This document shows positions 23,335 through 34,343 of a stretch of 50,185 bases of DNA, in pieces. The number at the start of each line of letters is the position of its first letter. Position 1 is the first letter of the stretch. The notes under the pieces are model-generated. The model was given only the letters and a program-made list of their open reading frames with translations, was not told the origin of the DNA and did no database searches. The position numbers and the translations under genes are program-made. Source of the stretch: Octopus bimaculoides (lineage: Eukaryota); the NCBI RefSeq assembly GCF_001194135.2, contig NC_068981.1, forward strand, positions 16,160,393 to 16,210,577, written 5' to 3'.

Positions 23335-24909
23335 AAGACATATGTTAGCATGTGTGTATCCATGTAGTCCTGTATAACTTTTTGAGTGGTTTTGTCATTG
23401 TTAACTAAATCGGTTGCCTAGTGAGGAGAAACGCTAGAAACCCTGCAGAACAACATATTATGCCCTTCAAAAGGACAGATGAAATCAAAAGTAGGCTCAA
23501 TGACTATGTAGCAATTACATAAAGACATAGAATTACTTGTCATGAAGAACGGCCGCACCACACAACCCACCTCGGAGTAGTGATGGAACCCTTAATTCTT
23601 GTTATAAACTTTAGGAGAAGAATAATTTTATGCAAAACCCGACTCTCGTTGAGCTTCTGCTCGTCCTAGTCAGTGCTGGGCCAATACGTGGGAAGATCTA
23701 TCTGGAAAGTGACTGTACTTCTATGCACGCTTCGCTCACTACAATCGGTTTCACACGTTGTAACTTCTTCGAAAAGAAACTAAATTTCTAACAAGCCATC
23801 GCTACGCTCATCATACCATGCACGTATGTACGCATTTTTAAACACACATATATACACGCATATTTTGCATGTGCATCTGTTATTCTGTAACAAGCATTTT
23901 TAACATTGAATTCTATTAAATATTTTAAGTCAAAAGCAGCTTTTGAGTTTGCTTGTATTATAATTCGTTTTCATTGGCAACGTCTAAAGGTTACAAATTG
24001 TAAACTCTTAACATCCATCGTGTTGTTAGACATCATTTATCTTTTTGTATTATATCCACAATATTGTCTTTAGACGTTATCTCATTTATCATGACAATCT
24101 CTATCAAGAGGCAAATATTAGCTCTCCGTAACTGTAGGCTACAATCTTAGTTGGCTGGTCATGTTTGTTCATTTGAATAGCATACAGCTTAGTAATGGAA
24201 CTATACGGAGAATGCCAGTGGCGGGTACTACCGGAAATGTTGAGCTTTAGATAAATATTATCATTCTGTTTGGTGCTGCTTCTCTGTTGAGAAAGAATTG
24301 TCGAACGGATATAGCAGTTGTCTAAACTTGCAGAGGTCATGGTATCAAATATATTTTGAAGCATTTCGTTATATAAAATTAATAATGCTTCGCTCTGCAG
24401 ACGCAGTTCCATACAAGAATTTACAGCATGCTATATGTAGTCTGGAAATTAGTGGGGCTAAGATTTTATCGAACTGGTTATCTTTTATGTGTTGCTGTCG
24501 TTTTTACAAGAGGCATATACATTACTACATATGTCATTTAAACTTTTACATTCTCCTATATAAATTACCATGGTACACAAGCAACAGTGTTATTGATTAC
24601 GAATATTTGCCACGATACACAAGTAACAATGTTACCAACTACGCCTATTTGCTCTCAACTTAGTAATTATAGAAACATCGAATCGAATATGTTGCAGTGG
24701 GGCATTAGTAGAAATATTTTGAATATGCAATTATAGATTGAAGTTTAGACGTTTATGCTAATATACTAATAACGAGAACGAATGGAATGACAAACTCATC
24801 GTGATGTTGTTTATCTGAGCTCTACATGTATATACGTACGCACACACATAAACACACACACACACACACACATACACACAAACACACACACATATATATA
24901 TATATATAT

Positions 24910-25084
24910 AATCAAAATAAGCAACAAGGATATCCAGAGGTAATGCAGTTCGATCGGTTCATGCAACTCCATTTAACTGAACAATGCAATCATTACATCA
25001 ATGATTGCATTGTTCAATTAAATGGACTTGCATGAAACGATCGTACTGCATTACCTCTGGATATCCTTGTTGCTTATTTTGATT
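24910..25084. repeat. 175-nt near-perfect palindrome (85-nt arms, 5-nt loop ACATC, 4 mismatches)
   Basis: Left arm 24910-24994 aatcaaaataagcaacaaggatatccagaggtaatgcagt...gaacaatgcaatcatt equals the reverse complement of 25000-25084 at 81 of 85 positions (checked by eye). Confidence 0.97.
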
Positions 25085-25292
25085 TTAACCATCTTACTTT
25101 GAAATTGTACCGTACTAAATTCTGCTGCTTCAACCTGTGCAATGACTAAAGAAAATAGTCTAAAACATGACTGTAAAATACCGAGACGTATAAAAAAAAA
25201 CATTCGTATCGAAAGTATATAGAAATTTTGTTTACATAAAAACAAATACGAACTAATACAGTTCTTAAAATTGACAGAAACAGGGCGGTTAA

Positions 25293-25379
25293 TTCGCTGG
25301 TGTGAAGGTAACACACTTAATCGCGTTAACAAAGGTATGTGGGTTCGAGTCCCAAGCGGATAGGAAAACCATCTTTTTT
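25293..25379 (+). pseudogene. tRNA-like sequence (pseudo-tRNA or isolated SINE head) followed by T6
   Basis: Acceptor-like stem TTCGCT/AGCGGA, D arm GTGT-GAAGGTA-ACAC, T arm TGGG-TTCGAGT-CCCA, but a poorly paired anticodon stem. TTTTTT at 25374-25379. Confidence 0.4.
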
Positions 25380-25469
25380 CAGTCGAGGGCTTATATGCCC
25401 CGTTATAAGACTATTTTCCTTACTCATTGCACGGTGATCGCCATAAGCTTTAAGCTTATATAAAAATAC

Positions 25470-25504
<35 letters not shown>

Positions 25505-25524
25505 TATGTATGTATATGTATCAC

Positions 25525-25836
25525 TTACGTTTTAATTGTTTCAGTCATTAGTCTGTGGTGATGCTGGGACACTACGTTCAATAATTTTAGTTGAATAAAT
25601 CGACCTTAGTATTTATTTTTTAAAGCCTAGTGTTTATTATATTGGCCTCTTTTGGAGAACTGCAAGGTTACGGGGACATAAGCAGACAAGGATCGGTTCT
25701 CAACCGGCGGCGGGGACAGACACACACATATTTACAACGGCCTTTTTTAGTTTCTGTCTACCAAGTCCACACGCAAATCTTTTGTCGGCCCGAAGCTGTA
25801 GTAGAAAGGAATTGCTCAAGGTGCCACGCAGTGGGA
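25525..25836 (-). mobile_element. SINE-like composite repeat (family C), 5' end running into an N gap
   Basis: ttgtttcagtcattag...atgctgggacac matches 21649-21700. The end at 25800-25836 in reverse complement reads tcccactgcgtggcaccttgagcaa, a tRNA-head-adjacent segment. Confidence 0.65.
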
Positions 25837-25846
25837 NNNNNNNNNN

Positions 25847-25908
<62 letters not shown>

Positions 25909-26522
25909 TACGATAGAAACGATATAAGCATAGCAGTATATGGATATTATCTCCAGCTTACGTTGACATTTTGAAATGAATCTGCCATTCTTTTAATAGA
26001 AAACATAACCAAAAGTAATAGTCAAAGTAATAAATGATAAAAGAACCGGTGTTAAATATTATAAATTTATTCAACTATGGAGTCTATCTGAAGCTACTAG
26101 TGAGGTGTAATATTTGCTAAATCAACCGTAATTACTTTCAAATAAATTTTGGTTTTGATCGTGTGCCACTGAAAGTTTCATATATGTACATAATTTCTTC
26201 TCCATGTAAATACGAGAAAGAAACGTGTGTCCAGGATTAAAAAAAAGGAACATCTATTTCAATCAAAATGTGCACTTGAACGAGATTCAGTCATCTTTTC
26301 CGCAACATTATTAATTATATTTCCTTGTATCTCTGAACTCAGTAATTTGATATCATATTAATTTTATCGAGACTACTCTTGAAATTTTCTTATAAATATT
26401 ATTATTCAAATAAAACTTATTTGCCATTTGATCTCAAAGCTAAATTCAGATAGTCATGTTTCTTCAAATGTTAAGTTTTACAATGAAGACCGCATTTTTG
26501 AAAATCATGATGTGACAGGCTT

Positions 26523-26570
<48 letters not shown>

Positions 26571-27201
26571 TATATGTATATTTATTCATTTATAAATTTA
26601 TACATACATAGCATACTATTTACTTACCTACATACATATATCTCTAACTCGATATATATANNNNNNNNNNNNNNNNNNNNNNNNNNNNNNNNNNNNNNNN
26701 NNNNNNNNNNNNNNNNNNNNNNNNNNNNNNNNNNNNNNNNNNNNNNNNNNNNNNNNNNNNNNNNNNNNNNNNNNNNNNNNNNNNNNNNNNNNNNNNNNNN
26801 NNNNNNNNNNNNNNNNNNNNNNNNNNNNNNNNNNNNNNNNNNNNNNNNNNNNNNNNNNNNNNNNNNNNNNNNNNNNNNNNNNNNNNNNNNNNNNNNNNNN
26901 NNNNNNNNNNNNNNNNNNNNNNNNNNNNNNNNNNNNNNNNNNNNNNNNNNNNNNNNNNNNNNNNNNNNNNNNNNNNNNNNNNNNNNNNNNNNNNNNNNNN
27001 NNNNNNNNNNNNNNNNNNNNNNNNNNNNNNNNNNNNNNNNNNNNNNNNNNNNNNNNNNNNNNNNNNNNNNNNNNNNNNNNNNNNNNNNNNNNNNNNNNNN
27101 NNNNNNNNNNNNNNNNNNNNNNNNNNNNNNNNNNNNNNNNNNNNNNNNNNNNNNNNNNNNNNNNNNNNNNNNNNNNNNNNNNNNNNNNNNNNNNNNNNNN
27201 N

Positions 27202-27271
<70 letters not shown>

Positions 27272-27907
27272 TGTGTGTGTGACAGGCAGACACACAGAGG
27301 GTAATATAGATTGAAGGGAAATGAATGTATTTCTTATTCATCAAATCCACTTCTGAAATTTCTCTGAATCTGTAAACAATCAACTTTTAGAAACATAGCC
27401 TTAGTTTACTAATTTCTGAGAACTTGAAACCATGTTTAGGTACTTAAAGTGAAGGCAATTGAAAATCTCTTGATATTAGCACACACACATACACACCAAC
27501 AGATGTACACACGTACACACACACACACATATATATATATTACGTGCGTACATATGTATGTATGCATGTATGCGTGTATGTATTTATGTATGTATGTATG
27601 TATGTACGCATGTATGTATACCTTTGACTAAGTTAATATGAAGAAAATGATTCAATCTCATCTAATTTATTTAATGTTTATGTAAAGGTATTGATTAAAC
27701 TTGCACGCATTTTTACTAACCAGATTTGAAATCTGCATCTAACCGTTTCAGTTCACATACACTCTTAATAACGCATCAAAAGAGATGCCAGTAACGTATT
27801 CTCGTATATTCCCCCGATAAAATTTCAATTTTTTGCTCGGATAAGAAAGTAATATATGATAAAACTGATAAAAAGTGTATAGTGAAATTGCCGTGGGGAG
27901 AGGGACA

Positions 27908-28038
27908 TACAGGGTGTCCACAATGTCTGGGTACATGGAGTAAATAAAACCATAACATAAACAATTAAATATAAGAAATAATAATTTCTTAAAGTATGTA
28001 TTAATCCCCATGTACCCAGACTTTGTGGACACTCTGTA
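27908..28038. mobile_element. 127-bp Tc1/mariner-type MITE (27910-28036) with 29-bp TIRs and TA duplication
   Basis: TA|CAGGGTGTCCACAATGTCTGGGTACATGG ... CCATGTACCCAGACTTTGTGGACACTCTG|TA; the TIRs differ at 2 positions; AT-rich core. Confidence 0.9.
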
Positions 28039-29226
28039 TAACTTTTCGGAAAAAGTTCTTCTGCAGGTAAATTTTGAGAGAATAGAACATCACCAGCCTC
28101 TTTAAAAAATATAGCCTGATATCTCTTATACTGAGTATCTAAATCAACGACCATCTACTCATTACTATTGTCTATTTTGTGTTATTAAATTTTCTCTGTA
28201 GTCATGCAATCATCTATATTCGACTGACCTTTGATCCAGTACAGTATAGCAACGCCTTTACATATTTCTCGTTTATATACTGCCTATTTCTATAGTTTTA
28301 TTCCTACGTGAATAATACTGATAATTATAATACATCTCCAGTGGCAGGAAATAAACTTCGATACTTTGGTTAGTAGTTTAAAATACTTTAAACTCCGAAA
28401 GATATGATTCAACGATTTGGGATATATGAAATAACAATTATGATGGAAAACTTAAACATATTTAACTATAGCATTCTGAAATCTTGAAATGAAGAGACCT
28501 CAGAGAACAGACATTTCTAAAGAATGCCAATACAAACTGCTTCCTTTTCACAAACGGGGATGAGCTACAATTTTAATGGCAGTCTCATTTCTCATACTTT
28601 GCACATGATGGGCAATGAGATGTTACAAATAACAATTGTAGGAATGAATTGATTTTCTTCAATATAATTAATATATTGTGAAGAAATCTCACCTCTGCCG
28701 TCACTAAAGGCAAATGTACATTGATTTAACCGTGTCGACGTTATTTCGTGTTGCCTATATGTTACAAGCATTCAAACATGGGGATATGTTTTCAATGTAG
28801 AAAGTGTAAACAGAACGAGCCTCTTGATGGTGATAAATAACAATATCATAAATCTGCGTAAGTAAATTCTGATTCTGGAATATGAAAAATACACTGAGTT
28901 GAATAGCAAAATTTCTTAAATGATCGATCTTTTAATGCGAAGATCATGTAATTTCCCAAAAGGTGTATGAAGAATTATATAGCGATGTTATATTGTATAT
29001 AATGTAACATATTGCATACATCGCTAAATATTTTACGATCTGCTGAGTATTCTATGAACCACCGAACGGCGCATATAATTTGGAAACAATCTGCATTTCA
29101 TATTATATGTACTAGTAGCTAGCTATCAAATATAACGTTTTGGTTTTTCTGTAGTTATTCCTTGCTGTAGTATACATCAATCCGTTCACACCCGTCATGT
29201 TCTTATTCTTTAGCTTTTATGAGGTT

Positions 29227-29228
<2 letters not shown>

Positions 29229-29270
<42 letters not shown>
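29229..29270. repeat. T42 homopolymer (A42 on the gene strand)
   Basis: Direct reading. Confidence 0.95.
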
Positions 29271-29271
<1 letters not shown>

Positions 29272-30505
29272 GCAGATTTTGCAACATGCTGAACCGTCTA
29301 TGTATACTTGAAGGAAAGAGGAACCGGACGGAAACGCTGCCGGAAACTTGATTTTGGTATCTTACATCACTAATTCCCTTTCTAAAACGAATGGAGGTCG
29401 CTGGATTTCATCGATTATCTATTAAGCATTCAAAGATTTGTGGATTATTGAAGTCATATGTATTTTCTATTATATCGAACGATTTGTTCGATTTAGCTCT
29501 TTCAAAATACCCGTGGTTTTAAAAACAAAACTTTACCCTAAGGCTCATAAATATAGTCCCAGATAGAGTGTATGAACAGCTACATCCATATGTGGTACAC
29601 ATTATATATGACTTTGCTGTCAGAAATCAAAATTATTTCCCCTACCACTATAAATCTTGTATTTTGTTCAAGTTTTAGAAAACATAGGTAATTAATCACA
29701 ATAAGAAAGACTCTTCGCGTCATTTCAAATATATAAGTATACACGAATTTGAATATTTTCTTCTAATATTTTTAACAAAGGCAGATGATGAGAAACCATT
29801 TATTGAACAAAATTATTTAAAAAATAATGCGTGAGATCTGTTTTCAATGATAAACGATGTTTAAATTTGCAAATCTGTCAGCTTCAGTAAAAGTGTTATT
29901 CGTAAAATTTTCTATTTGCAAAATTACTTTTTAATTGACATCCAACGACGAATACAGCTATAGCATAACACTTCCAACAGATTGTATCATAGGAATTGAA
30001 ATAGCAATTTGATTTTCTAAACGCCGATAAAAGTTAATTGCAGTGCACTTTTAATTGACTACACATGTAGATTGAGAGTCNNNNNNNNNNNNNNNNNNNN
30101 NNNNNNNNNNNNNNNNNNNNNNNNNNNNNNNNNNNNNNNNNNNNNNNNNNNNNNNNNNNNNNNNNNNNNNNNNNNNNNNNNNNNNNNNNNNNNNNNNNNN
30201 NNNNNNNNNNNNNNNNNNNNNNNNNNNNNNNNNNNNNNNNNNNNNNNNNNNNNNNNNNNNNNNNNNNNNNNNNNNNNNNNNNNNNNNNNNNNNNNNNNNN
30301 NNNNNNNNNNNATATATATATATATATATATATAGTAATAATAATAATCCATGGATGGAATTTATAAGTATTTTAATGCATCGCTACACGCATTTCAACA
30401 AATCCCATGGTTGTTACGATCATAATCCGTATTTCTTGGATGATTACAGTTCACTCCATAATATCCACGGACATCAGGTGGCTCTTTATTCATGCATTCA
30501 TTTCA

Positions 30506-30961
30506 TCAGGCTGGAGATGGGAATGATGACTTCCCTTTGCAAACACTGATAGGTAGGTCACAGATATTGTATCAATAACCAGCTGGAGAAGATGTCTTTT
30601 TGGGGCTACAAGCTACAGTAGCATCGACCCTTAAGGGTTAGCCGCATTTAGATGGCAAATATACTTCACGATGTCGTGCAACTACTTTTTATAACTCGCT
30701 CAGAGATTTATTATTGCTTGTTTCCACTTTTTCGAGATCAGTGAGTTTTCGTCACTGGAAAAAGTATATATATTTGCATTGAGAACCACTTTCCATCGCC
30801 AGCCGGTGGTTGGCACACGCTGATGACGGGCAGTACCCAGAAACTCGAGTCAGGCTGGAGATGAGAACGATGACTTCCCTTTGCAAATACTGATAGGGCA
30901 CAGATAATGTGTCAATAGCCAGCTGGAGATGTCTTTCTGGGGTTGCAAGCTACACAGGCAT
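30506..30961 (+). mobile_element. Retrozyme-like / Penelope pLTR-like unit: 344-nt monomer plus partial second copy (direct repeats 30506-30624 and 30850-30961)
   Basis: Both repeats begin tcaggctggagatg(g/a)gaa(t/c)gatgacttccctttgcaaa and stay roughly 85% alike to ...caagctaca. A hammerhead core sits immediately before the second copy. Confidence 0.6.
30790..30867 (+). ncRNA. Type I hammerhead ribozyme motif, partly degenerate
   Basis: CUGAUGA (30820-26), C, GGG-CAGUA-CCC, A, GAAA (30840-43), palindromic helix III ACUCGAGU, then GUC with predicted cleavage after 30851. Distal helix I 30790-30804 pairs with GGCUGGAGAUG(A)GAA. Defects: C.A at 10.1/11.1 and 15 extra nt between helix I and the core. 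Confidence 0.6.
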
Positions 30962-31473
30962 AGATTCATATATGTGTATGAATATATCTAGGTATAAATG
31001 TATAAGTACGTATATGAAACACTATTAAATGAAAGTTCTATTATTCAAAGCGGAGTTGGTACAACTTTAGCATCACTCAGTTTTGATATTTCGGGCAAAT
31101 TATTCATAATAGTTCTCAATGGTTGCTAAGGGAACAGCTCCTCGCTTGATGCTCCAAAATTTACCGTAAGTGTCCAACCATATCCAAATCGATTTAATGT
31201 GTGGGCCAATTCAAGTTGTTTACTTCATTTTTGTGCTCTATATCCCAATTTATAATAAAAATAACCGTGTTAAAAAGCTCATTATCTTTGAGAGATTGAA
31301 ATATTATCAGGGAACAATGTTTGTATCATAGGATAGACATGATCAATGAAAATACGCAAACAATATTTCGCATTAGCTCTGCTATGGAAAACAACAAAAG
31401 GAAAAAGAGAATTCCGACATATTAGCTGCTAAAATCTTGACTGTGCCACCTCAATGATTTACAGTGGGAGTTA

Positions 31474-31970
31474 AGCATTTTGCCTGGCGTGCTAACAATT
31501 CTTCCAGTTCCCCGCCTTTCTTCAAACTAGAGGTTCCTTTCTACTATAGGCACCAGGCCTGAAATATTTTGGTAGGAGGTGCAGTCGATTACATTGATCA
31601 CAGTGCTCACCTTTTTTATCGGTTCCGAAAAGCTGAAAGACAAAGTTGACCTCAGCCGTGTTTGAACTCCGAACGTAAAAACAGACGAAATGCTGCGAAA
31701 CATTTTGCCTTGCGTACTGACGACTCTGACAGTTCGCCACCTTTGTTCGAATTAAATACTGATTTCCAGTTTTGGTGCATGGCCAGCAATATTGGGAAGG
31801 ATTTGAGTTGATCACATCGATCCCAGTGTTCAACAGATACTTTATTTTATCGACACCGAAAGGATGAATGACAAAGTAGACCTCTGCGGATCTTGAACTC
31901 AGAACGTAGACGGACGAAATACCACAATGCAGTTTGCCTAGCGTACTAACCATTCTGCCAGCTTACCGCC
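31474..31970 (-). mobile_element. Three SINE family A copies in tandem (head fragment 31474-31520, 31530-31743, 31755-31970)
   Basis: Each ends on the plus strand with a variant of gctaac..ttctgccag..cgcctt (the reverse-complemented head). The two longer copies carry gaaaggatgaa..acaaagt(t/a)gacctc. Confidence 0.8.
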
Positions 31971-34312
31971 ATTTTTCAAGCTAAATATTAACAATCTGCG
32001 AAACACAGTAAAACTTATGAACGACTATTAATGTTAGATGTGAAAATTCCTTCATTGTAATTTTTAAAACAAATGTAAATTACTACCATTTACCTTAACC
32101 ACTATATTTTACTTATATTTTGATACTTTTGTCAGATTTCACGTTTATATTTTGTAAAGTCCTATTTTGTTTCTATAAAAATGATTTTTTACATTTTATT
32201 TAGCAGTCTTTTGAGAAATTTGGAAACTCCACTTACATTTGGATGCAATTTATTCATAAAACTTACATAACATAAAAATTCAAATTTGCGAGAAAATAAA
32301 ATGATTTGCTGAATGGTAAAACATANNNNNNNNNNNNNNNNNNNNNNNNNNNNNNNNNNNNNNNNNNNNNNNNNNNNNNNNNNNNNNNNNNNNNNNNNNN
32401 NNNNNNNNNNNNNNNNNNNNNNNNNNNNNNNNNNNNNNNNNNNNNNNNNNNNNNNNNNNNNNNNNNNNNNNNNNNNNNNNNNNNNNNNNNNNNNNNNNNN
32501 NNNNNNNNNNNNNNNNNNNNNNNNNNNNNNNNNNNNNNNNNNNNNNNNNNNNNNNNNNNNNNNNNNNNNNNNNNNNNNNNNNNNNNNNNNNNNNNNNNNN
32601 NNNNNNNNNNNNNNNNNNNNNNNNNNNNNNNNNNNNNNNNNNNNNNNNNNNNNNNNNNNNNNNNNNNNNNNNNNNNNNNNNNNNNNNNNNNNNNNNNNNN
32701 NNNNNNNNNNNNNNNNNNNNNNNNNNNNNNNNNNNNNNNNNNNNNNNNNNNNNNNNNNNNNNNNNNNNNNNNNNNNNNNNNNNNNNNNNNNNNNNNNNNN
32801 NNNNNNNNNNNNNNNNNNNNNNNNNNNNNNNNNNNNNNNNNNNNNNNNNNNNNNNNNNNNNNNNNNNNNNNNNNNNNNNNNNNNNNNNNNNNNNNNNNNN
32901 NNNNNNNNNNNNNNNNNNNNNNNNNNNNNNNNNNNNNNNNNNNNNNNNNNNNNNNNNNNNNNNNNNNNNNNNNNNNNNNNNNNNNNNNNNNNNNNNNNNN
33001 NNNNNNNNNNNNNNNNNNNNNNNNNNNNNNNNNNNNNNNNNNNNNNNNNNNNNNNNNNNNNNNNNNNNNNNNNNNNNNNNNNNNNNNNNNNNNNNNNNNN
33101 NNNNNNNNNNNNNNNNNNNNNNNNNNNNNNNNNNNNNNNNNNNNNACACACATCACTATCTCTCGCTCTATATGTACACGCACAAGAGAGAGAGAGAGAG
33201 AGAAAAAGGAAGAACGAGAAGTATAAGATAGATGTATATAATAGATAGATAGATATAATATAGATAGATAGATAGATAGACAGATAGATATGTTTAACAA
33301 TATCAAACAATTTCAGTCATTTTCAAGCTTGTGTGTGTGTGTTTACATACATATATACGTACATGTATGCGCAGTTATAAACAAATAAACTGAAAGACAA
33401 TATCAAATACGCAAGTGCATTTACCTTTTAGCATAGTGAGTGTATAATCTCATAAGAATCAAAATAAGCGATATGTGGTTCTATATCATAATAGCAGCCT
33501 TTATAAATGCATACTCCTATATTTAAATATAGGTCCATGTGTCGTTCTTAACTGTATATGTTTCTGTCAACCTGACATCGTCTCTATATCAATTGCGTTT
33601 AAATATAGGTTACCTAACCATATAATTAATTAAAGACATTTTTCTTCAACCTACCGGATTAAAGCATTAAAGAATACGTAGGAATTTCATGAAAGATAAT
33701 ATTCAAAGACAATAATTTGCATGTGGAGATAAAAACACTTGATCTGAAGGATGTCATGCTGTTTTATAGTATCATGATTAACCGTATAACATAATAGGAC
33801 GTGATAGAGACGTTTTTTCATAATTTTCTGTTGAAAACCGCTAATACGAACAATAGTAAATTACAGTGTTGTATATAATTGATTATATCTATAATGTACT
33901 GTAGAGTTATTTTTTTCCGCTGTGATGCATGTTATAATATGGATCATGTCAACTGGAGTGTTATTTTTATTGAGATAAGATGAAATAACAATTCTTTTTC
34001 ATTGCTTCTTATATTTAACGACACATCAAGTTGCTTAGCAGTTGGAATGGTTTACATAAGACGTTGGAATTATAAGCAAAGTGCAAGGAATTTCAATGTG
34101 GAACTGAGGTCGAATTTCGAAGAAGTTCTTAGTGCTGCATTCTTACTTTATGCATTGTTACACATCACGGTTAAACGGAACAATCAACCAACAGTTCCTA
34201 GATAGTGCTTATTTCTGAATGGACAACATCACCATCACTATAAATATGCACACAAACATACATATAAATAAATATACACATATGTATGTATGTATAAATA
34301 TATATCTGTGTG

Positions 34313-34343
<31 letters not shown>

